Of a stretch of DNA of 64,000 nucleotides, positions 1 to 10,459 are shown piece by piece. Source of the stretch: Candidatus Hermodarchaeota archaeon. GTDB taxonomy: Archaea > Asgardarchaeota > Lokiarchaeia > Sigyniarchaeales > SOKP01. The notes below the pieces were generated by a model. The model was given only the letters and a program-made list of their open reading frames with translations, was not told where the DNA came from and did not search any database. Position 1 is the first letter of the stretch. Each line of letters begins with the position of its first letter. Position numbers and translations under genes: made by a program. The stretch covers positions 29,103 through 93,102 of the forward strand of contig JBHLLP010000011.1 in the NCBI GenBank assembly GCA_048885525.1, given 5' to 3'.

Positions 1-1
1 A

Positions 2-457
2 CATGGGCATATATATCATGCGGTAATGCCAATAGTTTTTGTCTTAATGTGGATTTTAGATTCAATTATATTTAAAATATCGACAATTTTAAACAATTAT
101 GTCCCATTTATAATTCGATTAATATTATTTATATTGGTTTTTGGCATTGCTCTTATTTTTATTGAACTATCGCATCGAGCTTTATTTAAATCACATAAAC
201 CTTCTGATTCATTGATTACCAACGGAATCCTTGGTCATGTGAGAAATCCAATGTATTCTGGAATATTATTAATTTATGTAGCATTCATACTGTTGTCTAT
301 TTCCATAATTAGCATCTTTCTTTTCATTCCAGTTTTCTTAGTCTACAATTGGATGGCAAATTTTGAAGAAAACATACTTGAAGATATGTTTGGTGATGAG
401 TATATCCAATATAAAAAGAGAGTACCAAAATGGATTCCTAATCCATTTAAAAAATAA
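2..457 (+). CDS. Isoprenylcysteine carboxyl methyltransferase / PEMT-family membrane methyltransferase (5' partial)
   Basis: LITNGILGHVRNPMYSG and EENILEDMFGDEYIQYKKRVPKWIP motifs; the frame stays open upstream of the ATG at 26 to the window edge (HGHIYHAV). Confidence 0.85.
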   Translation, partial: HGHIYHAVMPIVFVLMWILDSIIFKISTILNNYVPFIIRLILFILVFGIALIFIELSHRALFKSHKPSDSLITNGILGHVRNPMYSGILLIYVAFILLSISIISIFLFIPVFLVYNWMANFEENILEDMFGDEYIQYKKRVPKWIPNPFKK

Positions 458-460
458 AAT

Positions 461-1096
461 CTAAGATTTTTCTATCGCTTTTTTTAATAATTTTTGATTA
501 GAATCTGGATAATATTGGGCATATTGTAGTATTTTTTCTTCAGATATTCCTTCCAATAATTTAGACACCTCAATCAATATTCTATTTTCATTAAGGTGAT
601 TAAATTCCCACAAATAAATTAAATCTAAAATTGTTTTTTCATGATCTGAATATCTGATTTTATTTTGTATTATACCAAAATTAAAAAGAGCATTTTTGAA
701 TCTCAAAAATCTAAACATTTTACCTAAAATCTTTATAGGCTGATTTTTAAAAATGTAATCATTAATTAAGTACAGACATTTATCTTTGTGATTGTGTTTA
801 ATGTTGTTTATATTTAATGCTGTGTATAGCCCAAAATACCAATTATCAATTTTTTTTAATTTTAATCCTTTTGCTACAAATTCTAAAATAGAATATTTTA
901 AATGGTTTTTTCTAATTTCGGAAATTGTTTTCATATAGTAAATATCTTCAATAATATTGACTAAATGTCCACGAGAAGTAAGATAATCCATCGTCCGCCT
1001 ATAATCGATATACAAATCCTCACAATGCTTTTTCAATTCCTCAGAAGTAAAAAATTCTTTATTTTCTTTACCTAATTGATCCAAAACGCGACTCAT
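461..1096 (-). CDS. AbiEi-like (type IV TA antitoxin-like) predicted transcriptional regulator
   Basis: N-terminal wHTH-like region, WYFGLYTAL and YSDHEKTILDLIYL motifs; no AbiEii partner adjacent. Confidence 0.65.
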   Translation of the reverse strand: MSRVLDQLGKENKEFFTSEELKKHCEDLYIDYRRTMDYLTSRGHLVNIIEDIYYMKTISEIRKNHLKYSILEFVAKGLKLKKIDNWYFGLYTALNINNIKHNHKDKCLYLINDYIFKNQPIKILGKMFRFLRFKNALFNFGIIQNKIRYSDHEKTILDLIYLWEFNHLNENRILIEVSKLLEGISEEKILQYAQYYPDSNQKLLKKAIEKS

Positions 1097-1351
1097 AAAA
1101 AAATCTCAAAAATGTATTTGAATTTAAATAAGTAATAAATTCTGAGTAATAATTTTCACTACATTACTAATTAAGATAACATAACTTTTTATCTTTTTGA
1201 TAAAAAATTTATACAAAATTGGTTTCTTAATTTTAATTTTCCGATTTCACCTAATAATATCATCTAAATTTTATTTTAAATATATTAAATGTAATTTAAA
1301 AGAAAACTATGATTAAATAAATTTAATATTTAACAAAGAGAAGAAATTAAT

Positions 1352-2245
1352 ATGAAATTGCTACGTACCGCAGAAAAGAGATTTAAGAACCTTCCAGATT
1401 TTCCATTTAAACCTAATTATTTAGATGTTGATGGAATTAGAATTCATTATATAGATGAGGGATCGAAAAATACCGAAGTCATCCTTCTCATGCACGGAGA
1501 ACCCTCATGGTCTTTTTTATATAGACATATGATCCCTATTTTAGTCCAAGCGGGTTATAGGACTGTTGCCCCTGATTTAGTTGGATTTGGACGATCCGAT
1601 AAACCAACTGAACAAAGTGATCATTCTTACCGTAGACATGTTGAGTGGATAACAAAAGTAGTCATTATGCTCGATCTCAAAAATATTACATTATTTTGCC
1701 AAGATTGGGGTTCTTTAATAGGGTTAAGAGTTGCTATTGAAAATCAAGAACGTTTTAGTAGGATTGTACTATCAAATGGAGGATTACCCACAGGAGAACA
1801 GAAATTAAGTAAGGCTTTTTTAGAATGGCAACATTTTTCTAAGAATACTACTAAATTTTACGTCGGTAGGATTATACAGGGAGCTACAATTACTAAATTG
1901 CCTAGAAATGTGATCAAAGCATATGATGCACCGTTTCCAGGTAAAAAATACAAAGCGGGGGCTAGAATTATGCCTTCATTAGTTCCGACTACAAAAGATG
2001 ATCCAGAGCATATTAAGAATAAAAATGCGTGGGAACAGTTTTTTCAATGGAAGAAACCATTTTTAACTGCTTTCTCTGATAGTGATCCAATTACTAGAGG
2101 AGGAGATAAATTTTGGCAGGAAAAAGTTCCAGGCGCTCAAGGGCAAAATCATACTACTATAAAAAATGCTGGACATTTTGTTCAAGAAGATAAAGGTCCT
2201 GAACTAGCTAATCTAATAATACAATTTATTAAAAAGAACACTTAA
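1352..2245 (+). CDS. Haloalkane dehalogenase (alpha/beta hydrolase, HLD-I type)
   Basis: HGEPSWSFLYR, PDLVGFGRSDKP, nucleophile motif QDWG, DSDPIT, GHFVQED. Confidence 0.92.
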   Translation: MKLLRTAEKRFKNLPDFPFKPNYLDVDGIRIHYIDEGSKNTEVILLMHGEPSWSFLYRHMIPILVQAGYRTVAPDLVGFGRSDKPTEQSDHSYRRHVEWITKVVIMLDLKNITLFCQDWGSLIGLRVAIENQERFSRIVLSNGGLPTGEQKLSKAFLEWQHFSKNTTKFYVGRIIQGATITKLPRNVIKAYDAPFPGKKYKAGARIMPSLVPTTKDDPEHIKNKNAWEQFFQWKKPFLTAFSDSDPITRGGDKFWQEKVPGAQGQNHTTIKNAGHFVQEDKGPELANLIIQFIKKNT

Positions 2246-2264
2246 TCGTCCTTATATTATTTTT

Positions 2265-3593
2265 TTATTTCAATTTTCTTTTTCTTATAGCCTCTCTTTT
2301 CCTTCTAATTCTTTCATGGGCATAAAGTTTTGGATGATATTTAATGTCTAAATAACCTATAATCAAAAGTATTAATGCTAAAAACACATTAGTAAATCCA
2401 ATCAAATGGTAAGAATCTAAAAATATGAAAGCAATTGTAATTCCACCCATTTGTAAAAAACTATAAGCAATTAAAGGCGCTATTATTTGTGAAACTGCTT
2501 GAAAATTAGTTGACCATCCACTTAAAACACCTTGTTGATCAAGTCTTACTGCTTTGGTCATATTAGTAGTAATAAGAGGTCTCATAAAAGCAACTACAAA
2601 TGAATAAGGAAGAATAAATACAAAAACCATCCATAATTCGTATAAATAGGGATAGAACAAGAAGACAATTATAAAAAGAATGAATGTCGTAATTAAAAGT
2701 CGCTTTTCTCCTAACTTTTTAATCAATGGTTTTATAAGAATACCACCATAGATCATTACAGCAAATCCCGCTACGGCCATAACTAATCCAGTTGTGGAAG
2801 GTCCCGCATTGTATCTTTTTAATATTACTAATGCTGCACTTGAAGTAAATATAAAACTTATAAGAGAAAATATGAATGTTTGGATCATCCGAATAATTAC
2901 TTCCTTATTCCAAATACTTTTCTTTTCTCCTGGATTGGTTTGAGTTAAAAGAAGCTGAGCTTTAATTTCAATTCTCCTTTCATTGGGCATACTCTCAACT
3001 ATAATTGTTAGTGTCATAATCATCAAAACAATAGTTAAACCACTAGCTAAATATGGTGGAAACCGCCAATGGATTGAACCTAAAAAGCCTCCAACTAACG
3101 GACCTAAAGTCATGCCTAACGTATATCCAACCATTATCTTTCCCATATGGGTTGCTCTTGTCTGCGGAGTTGTTATGTCAGTAATATAAGCACGAATAAC
3201 AGGAATTTGACCTCCAAAGAAACCATCTATAATCCGAGCTATAAGAATTACTTCGATTGAATTTGATATGGCTAATATTAAGAAAGATATACCTGTACCA
3301 GCTTGAGAAATTAATAAAATTGGTTTACGTCCATATTTATCACTTAATTTACCCCAAATTGGAATAAAAAGCAAGGCAGCAAGTGCATTTGAAGATATTA
3401 AAACTCCAATCATAAAATCTGCTGCTCCAAGATCTGTTGCAATACTTGGTAATAACGGAAGTACCATAGTATAACCAAAAATATCAAGCAAAATGCTAAG
3501 GATAATAGTAAACATAGCGCGCTTCTGATTTATCTTAAATTTCTTTAAATATTCTATATGCTCTTCTTTATCATGGAAATTTTGGATGGACAT
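2265..3593 (-). CDS. MFS transporter (TetA/DHA1-like)
   Basis: WGKLSDKYGRKP motif A, ARIIDG, about 12 TM segments. Confidence 0.9.
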   Translation of the reverse strand: MSIQNFHDKEEHIEYLKKFKINQKRAMFTIILSILLDIFGYTMVLPLLPSIATDLGAADFMIGVLISSNALAALLFIPIWGKLSDKYGRKPILLISQAGTGISFLILAISNSIEVILIARIIDGFFGGQIPVIRAYITDITTPQTRATHMGKIMVGYTLGMTLGPLVGGFLGSIHWRFPPYLASGLTIVLMIMTLTIIVESMPNERRIEIKAQLLLTQTNPGEKKSIWNKEVIIRMIQTFIFSLISFIFTSSAALVILKRYNAGPSTTGLVMAVAGFAVMIYGGILIKPLIKKLGEKRLLITTFILFIIVFLFYPYLYELWMVFVFILPYSFVVAFMRPLITTNMTKAVRLDQQGVLSGWSTNFQAVSQIIAPLIAYSFLQMGGITIAFIFLDSYHLIGFTNVFLALILLIIGYLDIKYHPKLYAHERIRRKREAIRKRKLK

Positions 3594-3782
3594 GACTTTT
3601 GCGTACTAGAAGAATAGTTAAATTTGGATTGGAAAATTAAGCAATATATTTAAAATTTAATTTCTGTAGAATGACTCTAAAAAGAATATATAGTAAAGCA
3701 CTTTTTTAAATCGAGAAATCTTATTTTAAGGTTCCTTTTTTAAATCTAACTTTCAAAACTATTAATAAAAATACTTGTGAAA

Positions 3783-4604
3783 TTATAGAAAGAAATCAAG
3801 ATATAATTTGGAATTAGGATCAACAGAATATTTCTTTAAATCAGTTATCCCATGTTCCAATAAGATTTCTTCATCTATGAAAAAGTTGCCTGTACACGTT
3901 TTACTTGGCCTAGTTAAAATTAAATAAGCTGCATCTGCAACAATTTCTGGTTTTCTTGAATGTTTTACTGCAGATTCTCCACCTAATAAATTTTTCACAG
4001 CTGCTGTAGCTATAGATGTTTTAGGCCATAAGGCATTAACTGCAATTCTATCTTTCCTAAATTCTTCTGCCATCCCCAGAACGCACATACTCATTCCATA
4101 TTTTGCCATAGTATAGGGTAAATTATTTTTAAACCATTTTGAATCCATATTTAGAGGAGGTGATAAATTCAATATATGAGGATTTTCTGCTTTTTTCAGA
4201 AAGGGAATACACAATTTTGAACATAAAAAGGTTCCACGTACATTAACAGAAAACATGAGATCATATCTCTTCATTTTGATTTCTAAAGTTGGAGATAAAT
4301 TTATCGCACTGGCATTATTAATAAGTACATCTATACCCCCAAATCTATCCACTGTTGCTTCAATAGCAGATTGAATTTGATCTTCAAATCTTATATCAGC
4401 AATGCATGGAATTGCATTACCTCCAGTAGATTCAATATCTTCTACAGCAGTATATACTGTTCCAGGTAATTTTGGATGAGGTTCTTTAGTCTTAGCAACT
4501 ACAGCAATATTAGCTCCATCCATAGCTGCTCGCAAAGCTATAGCTTTTCCTATCCCTCTACTAGCACCTGTAATGAAAATTGTTTTTCCTTTTAGAGTGG
4601 TCAT
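3783..4604 (-). CDS. Short-chain dehydrogenase/reductase, HSDL2-like
   Basis: TGASRGIG, PHPKLPGT, NNASAI, YTMAK catalytic motif, NALWP. Confidence 0.92.
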   Translation of the reverse strand: MTTLKGKTIFITGASRGIGKAIALRAAMDGANIAVVAKTKEPHPKLPGTVYTAVEDIESTGGNAIPCIADIRFEDQIQSAIEATVDRFGGIDVLINNASAINLSPTLEIKMKRYDLMFSVNVRGTFLCSKLCIPFLKKAENPHILNLSPPLNMDSKWFKNNLPYTMAKYGMSMCVLGMAEEFRKDRIAVNALWPKTSIATAAVKNLLGGESAVKHSRKPEIVADAAYLILTRPSKTCTGNFFIDEEILLEHGITDLKKYSVDPNSKLYLDFFL

Positions 4605-4734
4605 TTCTAAAAACTTATTTAATGAATTAAAATTTTAAAATATATTATAATTTTTAATTTAAAACAATTTTAAATAATTTATATTAATATTTCATAAAAA
4701 AAAAGTTTAAACGTCATTCTTAAATATTTTAGAA

Positions 4735-5205
4735 TTGATAATGTCAAATCTAAATCCTGATAAATTGAATGTAATTAGTAATCACTCTGTGGAATCTAAT
4801 AATTTAAAATTACCACGTAAATATACTTTAACTCATTCTGATTCAACGGGTGATCTATTTTTGACTATAAGCAGTGAGTATGACTTAAAGCAAATATCAA
4901 ACATTTATACTCGCTTTATGAGAGATGAAGTATTAGCTGAATGGAAAAAAAAAAATGAGCAGTTTGAATTGCATCTCTACGTTCATGTGAGCGGAGGGTT
5001 TGTATTTGGATGGGCAAGTATGAGAAACAGAATATTTCGTAGACATTTGCCACTCGTTTTTCAAACAATTCGATATGGAGATAAGAAATTATTTGAGAAA
5101 TTTCCGAAACTTAAAGAAGCACAAATTTTTGTCCATTTTCAATCAAAAAATAAGAAATACAATAAGATTGAAAATTTTGGGCAAATAAAAGAGATTCAAT
5201 ATTAA
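4735..5205 (+). CDS. Staygreen (SGR) family protein, Mg-dechelatase homolog
   Basis: LPRKYTLTHSDSTGDLFLTI, RDEVLAEW, RNRIFRRHLPL, IRYGD and VHFQS are SGR-family signatures. Confidence 0.88.
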   Translation: MIMSNLNPDKLNVISNHSVESNNLKLPRKYTLTHSDSTGDLFLTISSEYDLKQISNIYTRFMRDEVLAEWKKKNEQFELHLYVHVSGGFVFGWASMRNRIFRRHLPLVFQTIRYGDKKLFEKFPKLKEAQIFVHFQSKNKKYNKIENFGQIKEIQY

Positions 5206-5317
5206 TTAATATAAATTTATTATCTCTTTTAATTAATTTCTATAATACTAATGCTTTATCTTAGTAATAAAATATTATCCATACTTAGAAAAGTGAAAGT
5301 TATCATAATTTATTATA

Positions 5318-5920
5318 ATGAAAGAAATAAGTAAACTAGTCGAACAAGGCTATAATAAAATAGCAATCGATTATTATAGATATCGCGATATAAATAAGTT
5401 TAATCATGAATTGGAAAAATTCTTATCTCTTCTTCCTAAAGAAGCTCATATATTAGATGTTGGCTGTGGGGCTGGTATACCAACTGCTAGGTTCTTAGTT
5501 AAGAAAGGAATTAAGGTGACCGGTATTGATTTATCTGATACTATGCTTGAATTGGCTCGAGAGAATGTACCTAACGCTGAGTTCATTAAAATGGATATAA
5601 ATGACATTACATTTGATGAAAATACCTTTGATGGTGCAATCAGTGTCTATACTATCTTTCATTTACCAAAAAAAAATCATTTTTTGATATTTAAAAAGCT
5701 CTTTGAAATACTTAAACCTGGAGGAGTCTTGTTAATAAATACAGGGATATCAGAATCAGAAGGAACCAGTAATTTTTTTGGCGTTCCAATGTTTTGGAGT
5801 AATTATGAGCCAGAAACTACTTTAGATCTCGTAAAAAAAGCAGGATTTTCAATTATCTCTGAAGGAGTATTAGAAAGGGGTGGTGAATATCAATATTGGG
5901 TTTTTGGAAAAAAAATTTAA
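5318..5920 (+). CDS. Class I SAM-dependent methyltransferase
   Basis: ILDVGCGAG, GIDLS, LKPGG. Confidence 0.9.
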   Translation: MKEISKLVEQGYNKIAIDYYRYRDINKFNHELEKFLSLLPKEAHILDVGCGAGIPTARFLVKKGIKVTGIDLSDTMLELARENVPNAEFIKMDINDITFDENTFDGAISVYTIFHLPKKNHFLIFKKLFEILKPGGVLLINTGISESEGTSNFFGVPMFWSNYEPETTLDLVKKAGFSIISEGVLERGGEYQYWVFGKKI

Positions 5921-5955
5921 ATTGAATTTAATAAAAAACTAAAATAATACGAAAA

Positions 5956-6201
5956 ATGAAATATAATTCTGCTGAAAAAGTAATACTATTCACTGGAATT
6001 TTATTAATAATATTATCGTTTATTAGTGAACTTAATTTTCATTATATTCAAGGATTTATGCCAGAATTAGTAGAATCTGATACATTTTGGAGAGCTGAAG
6101 CCGCCGAAGTTTTTAACTCTATGAGTTTTTTGATTTTGGGTGTCGCATTAATTATAATAGCTTTAAGGCTTTCAAGAAAGAGGGTATCTAGCGAAAAATA
6201 G
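5956..6201 (+). CDS. Small 2-TM membrane protein
   Basis: Two hydrophobic segments with a basic C-terminus. Confidence 0.65.
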   Translation: MKYNSAEKVILFTGILLIILSFISELNFHYIQGFMPELVESDTFWRAEAAEVFNSMSFLILGVALIIIALRLSRKRVSSEK

Positions 6202-6340
6202 AAAAAACTATTGATTATTGGATTTAAAATCTACGATTAAATGAATTAACAAATTATTAACTTTATATTTATATAATTCATATCATTTCATTCATTAGAA
6301 AATTTTAGAAAAAGTCCATGCAACAAGGAGAAAACTAAGA

Positions 6341-7585
6341 ATGTTAAAATTTAGCATTAAGAATGCTTTTAGAAAGAAATCTACAGCTATCTTATCTAGT
6401 ATAGGTGTTGGTATTGGTTTAATGTTAGTATTTGTTATTGGTGCCTTTACAGCGGGAGTGACCTCTCAATTTCAGGAAAATTTATCTGAGACAATTGGTA
6501 TCGTTGAAATCCTTGAAAAAGACGTATTAGGCAGAGAAAATAGTCATTTACCAAAAGATTTCACTAAAGATCTTTATAATACTCCTAATATAGGAGAAGA
6601 TATATCAAAACTTACTTATGAAACGCAGGCACCGTTTTTCTTTACATCTAATTATTCTGGTGAAGATAAACTAGTAAATGCTCAAGATACTTTAACTTTA
6701 ATAGGGATAAATTTAACTTTAGATCAAGAATGGGGTGGTCCCACTACTAAGATTCTGGAAGGAAACATTTTCAATTTGGATAGAAATGAGATTATTATTG
6801 ATTCAAGATTACTGTCTGTAGCAAAATTTCCTATTTCTATTGCTGAGACCATTAAAATAAAGTTAGATCTTGGTGGGACAATTTTAGAGAACTTAACTAT
6901 AGTAGGTGTTTATCAAGAAGATGATATTGGCGCACCTTCATTTGTTCCAAGACAATACTATATTTATACAGATATACAGAGTTTATGGAATTTATTGAAT
7001 ATATCTGGTTTAGAAACAAATACCTACTCTTCGATAAAACTTAGATTCAATGTTAAAACTACTGAGGAGACTGAAAATTATGCTGAAGAAATAAACATTT
7101 ATTCTGAAAGTGGAGGATATGCTCCCGTTTATGTGACAGCTACAGCTTTATCTGCTTTCTTTGAGTCTATTGAGGAGACTTTTGCTATATTTGATGCTTT
7201 TGCGGGAATAATTGGGTTTATTGCAGTTTTAGCAGGCGGGACAGCTATAATTGTTACACAATTAATGTCAGTTACTACTCGATTGAAAGAATTTGCAATA
7301 TTAAAATCTACAGGTTGGAAAAATCGTCATATTTTCGCAAATGTTATCTTTGAATCATTAACTCTTGGAATATTAGGAGCTATAATTGGGTTAACTTTAG
7401 GAATTATTTTGGTAATGTTTTTTAGCAGTGGTGGGAGTCCATTTGGAGGAGCATCAGCTATTATTACTTTAGAAGGAATAATTGAAGTTGTTGCCTATGC
7501 TTTAGGATTAGGGATTCTTGGGGGTTTATATCCCGGCATTAAGGCAGCTAGAGTAAGACCTGTAGTAGTTTTAAAAGGAGAATAA
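6341..7585 (+). CDS. ABC transporter permease, MacB/FtsX family
   Basis: N-terminal TM, large extracytoplasmic domain, RLKEFAILKSTGW, YPGIKAARVRPVVVLKGE. Confidence 0.9.
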   Translation: MLKFSIKNAFRKKSTAILSSIGVGIGLMLVFVIGAFTAGVTSQFQENLSETIGIVEILEKDVLGRENSHLPKDFTKDLYNTPNIGEDISKLTYETQAPFFFTSNYSGEDKLVNAQDTLTLIGINLTLDQEWGGPTTKILEGNIFNLDRNEIIIDSRLLSVAKFPISIAETIKIKLDLGGTILENLTIVGVYQEDDIGAPSFVPRQYYIYTDIQSLWNLLNISGLETNTYSSIKLRFNVKTTEETENYAEEINIYSESGGYAPVYVTATALSAFFESIEETFAIFDAFAGIIGFIAVLAGGTAIIVTQLMSVTTRLKEFAILKSTGWKNRHIFANVIFESLTLGILGAIIGLTLGIILVMFFSSGGSPFGGASAIITLEGIIEVVAYALGLGILGGLYPGIKAARVRPVVVLKGE

Positions 7586-7598
7586 GGAGGTGAAATAA

Positions 7599-8318
7599 TT
7601 GTCATTGATAATTTTAAAAGATGTAAGTAAACTTTATGGGGAAGAAAGAACTCTAATTAAGGCTTTAGATCATATCGATTTAGAAATTGAAGAAGGCAAA
7701 ATTATAACAGTTATGGGTCCTTCTGGTAGTGGAAAAAGTACTCTTTTAAATATTTTAGGGGCTATGGATACACCCTCATCAGGACAAGTATTAGTTAACG
7801 AAATTGATATCGGAAAACTTCCTGAACGTAAATTAGCTAATTATAGAAAATATCAAATTGGATTCGTGTTTCAATCCTTTTATTTAATTCCAAATCTAGA
7901 TGTGCTTGGTAATGTTTTATTACCCAAAGTACCATATGGAATTAAAGATCAAGATCGTAAACGAGCTCAAGAATTATTAGAAATTGTAGGCTTAGGAGAT
8001 AGAGGGCATAGTAAGGTAGGTAAATTATCTGGGGGTGAATCTCAAAGAGTAGCTATAGCAAGAGCCTTAATAAATGACCCAAAGATTATTTTAGCTGATG
8101 AACCAACAGGGAATTTAGATTCAGAGACCGGCAAGTCAATTATAGAATTATTGATTAAGTTAGCAGAAGAAGGAAAAACTATTGTTATAGTTACGCATGA
8201 TCCAAGAATTGCTCAAGTAGTTGCAGAACATCCACTCGGAAAAAATATTTGGATTAAAGATGGGCAACTTAGTGATGAACCAACCTATGATATGTACTGT
8301 TGGGATTCAGATTCATAA
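7599..8318 (+). CDS. ABC transporter ATP-binding protein (LolD/MacB type)
   Basis: GPSGSGKST, LSGGESQRVAIARAL, DEPTGNLD; GGAGGTGA RBS upstream. Confidence 0.95.
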   Translation: MSLIILKDVSKLYGEERTLIKALDHIDLEIEEGKIITVMGPSGSGKSTLLNILGAMDTPSSGQVLVNEIDIGKLPERKLANYRKYQIGFVFQSFYLIPNLDVLGNVLLPKVPYGIKDQDRKRAQELLEIVGLGDRGHSKVGKLSGGESQRVAIARALINDPKIILADEPTGNLDSETGKSIIELLIKLAEEGKTIVIVTHDPRIAQVVAEHPLGKNIWIKDGQLSDEPTYDMYCWDSDS

Positions 8319-8519
8319 AAAACCTTATATTTAAAGAGGCCACATGTGAATATCATACATTATCACTATTAAACTCTAAACTCTAAAGTTATATAATCCT
8401 TCTCATTTACTAATTTTCAAAAATACCACTCCAAAAATTCCAAAAATATTTATATATTAAATCAACCTAACTACAATAGAAGGAAACGACAATATTGTTA
8501 AAAAAGAGGAGTTAAAATT

Positions 8520-8990
8520 GTGATATATAACAACCCAGAGGAACACATGTCTGAATATGAAGAAACAATTAATAAATTATCAGATCAGATAAAAGACTTA
8601 TTTTCTAAAATTCATTTTTATCAAGCTCTTGTTGCGGAAAAAGAACATCAAATATCCCAGTTAGCTAAAGAAAATCAAAAATTGCTCGCTAAAATTCAAG
8701 AATTAACATATCTTTCAACTCCAGCTCCTCCTCCAAGTCAGCAATCTTATACACCTCCTCCACCCCCAAATAAACACTCTTATACTCCACCAGTTTTTCC
8801 ATCAAGACAACCCTCCATATCTGAATCCATTGAAGATTCTCGGATTAATAAAAGAGTATGTCCCAACTGTGGTGCTATGGGTTTTGCGATAAGAGAAGTA
8901 GATGATAAATCAAAGGTAATTAGTTATACTCCAAGACGTATGTATGCTAAAAAGAAAGCATGTACTAAGTGTAGATATGAATGGAGCTAG
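8520..8990 (+). CDS. Coiled-coil / proline-rich linker / C4 zinc-ribbon protein
   Basis: Heptad-like N-terminus, PAPPP..SYTPPPPP..SYTPP, CPNC...CTKC. Confidence 0.75.
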   Translation: MIYNNPEEHMSEYEETINKLSDQIKDLFSKIHFYQALVAEKEHQISQLAKENQKLLAKIQELTYLSTPAPPPSQQSYTPPPPPNKHSYTPPVFPSRQPSISESIEDSRINKRVCPNCGAMGFAIREVDDKSKVISYTPRRMYAKKKACTKCRYEWS

Positions 8991-8992
8991 TT

Positions 8993-9946
8993 TCATAAAA
9001 AAACTTTTAAATTTCTGGGGATAATCTCCAAATAACTAACCAGATCAAATTTTTCTATTTTCTCTTTAGTCTTTATGGGAAGATCATCGATATTAGTTCC
9101 ATTTAATATCAATTTTGTTTCTTCTTCACTGAAATCAGGTCCCGGTTCTGTCCAATTTATAATTTTCTTATTAACAGGGCATATTTTCTGACAATGAAGA
9201 CAGCCAACTAAACAATTATGCCATGTAGGATCAATCCATTCTGGAAATGGAGTCTCTGGAGGATGTTCATTATGAAATGTAATACAGCGTTCGGCGCGCA
9301 AAAGAAAACGATCAGTTGGAATTGCTCCTGTAGGGCATTTTTGTGTACATGCTGAGCATTCCTTACATAATTCCATCATTTGTAATTCGTGCCAATTATC
9401 CTCCTCAGTAGGATAATCTGAATATAGAGTGGTTAAACGATGGAAACTACCCATTCCCTCAACGTAAGTAATATTATTTCTACCATACTTAGCTAATCCA
9501 CTACGCACGGCTAATGTTTTCTGAGGTAAAGTTGCATAAGCAACATGGTAACCCTCTGGCTGTAATATCCCATTTAGAAGCTCTATCATTTGGTTACTTA
9601 CTTTTCGTCCATATAAGTATGTAGGAGGTATCAATAAGGAGATCTTATTGTTATTCCAGTGAAATATAGCTTCAAATTGAGGCTGTGGAAGTGATATAAT
9701 AAAAAGAGATTTTATCTTAGGAAAATCCACATCCGGTTCAAATTCAAAAAATTGTTTATATTCCCTATAAAATTCTGGATCTAAAAGCTTTTGTTCATTG
9801 TATTTTATAAGATCCTTACGTAAATCCGGAATATGTTTTGCTGACACGATTTTTCCCTTATATCCTTTTGCTTCCAAGCTATTATAAAAATTTTGTACAA
9901 CTTTTTCTTTATTAATCATAATTATCTTTCTCTTAAAATAGTCCAA
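8993..9946 (-). CDS. Epoxyqueuosine reductase (QueG)-like 2x[4Fe-4S] protein
   Basis: LAVRSGLAKYGRNN, CKECSACTQKCPTGAI, RCI, GCLHCQKICPVN. Confidence 0.8.
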   Translation of the reverse strand: MDYFKRKIIMINKEKVVQNFYNSLEAKGYKGKIVSAKHIPDLRKDLIKYNEQKLLDPEFYREYKQFFEFEPDVDFPKIKSLFIISLPQPQFEAIFHWNNNKISLLIPPTYLYGRKVSNQMIELLNGILQPEGYHVAYATLPQKTLAVRSGLAKYGRNNITYVEGMGSFHRLTTLYSDYPTEEDNWHELQMMELCKECSACTQKCPTGAIPTDRFLLRAERCITFHNEHPPETPFPEWIDPTWHNCLVGCLHCQKICPVNKKIINWTEPGPDFSEEETKLILNGTNIDDLPIKTKEKIEKFDLVSYLEIIPRNLKVFL

Positions 9947-10012
9947 TATTTTTTTTTAATTTATATGATGAATATGTAGTCAAACCGAATATCTTGAATC
10001 ATTTACTAGGGA

Positions 10013-10459
10013 TTATAAAACAATTCTAGGATCCTCTTTTATTGTCTTAAAAGCAATAAGAGATTCCATATTTCTAATACCAGGTATTTTACTAATTTCT
10101 TTTGTAAGGTCATGCAATTCTAGGTTATCCTCCACCTTAACTTTTATTAATATATCCCATTCACCAGATATTTCATAAACTTCCATTGTATTCTTATTTC
10201 TGGCTACTTCCTCTGCGAAATCACAACAATCTGTATCTATATCAAGATCTATTTTAATCCAAGCAGTGGTAGCTTTTCCTACAGCCCTAGGAGAAACTAA
10301 AGGGATTATACTTGTTATAACTCCAGAATCTTTCATTTGTTTAATTCTTGAAAATACTGTTGATGCAGGTTCACCAAGTTTCTCTGCTAATTTTCTATAG
10401 GTTTGAGTAGCATCTTTCTGATACTCTTTTAAGATGCTTTTGTCTAAATCATCAATCAT
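10013..10459 (-). CDS. Lrp/AsnC transcriptional regulator
   Basis: IDDLDKSIL HTH start; VYEISGEWDILIKV RAM domain. Confidence 0.92.
   Translation of the reverse strand: MIDDLDKSILKEYQKDATQTYRKLAEKLGEPASTVFSRIKQMKDSGVITSIIPLVSPRAVGKATTAWIKIDLDIDTDCCDFAEEVARNKNTMEVYEISGEWDILIKVKVEDNLELHDLTKEISKIPGIRNMESLIAFKTIKEDPRIVL

Noticed and set aside
8993-9946. Reductive dehalogenase call for the QueG-like protein
   Set aside because: The RCI and GCxxCQxxCPxN pattern fits QueG-like proteins better; no Tat signal or rdhB-like anchor gene
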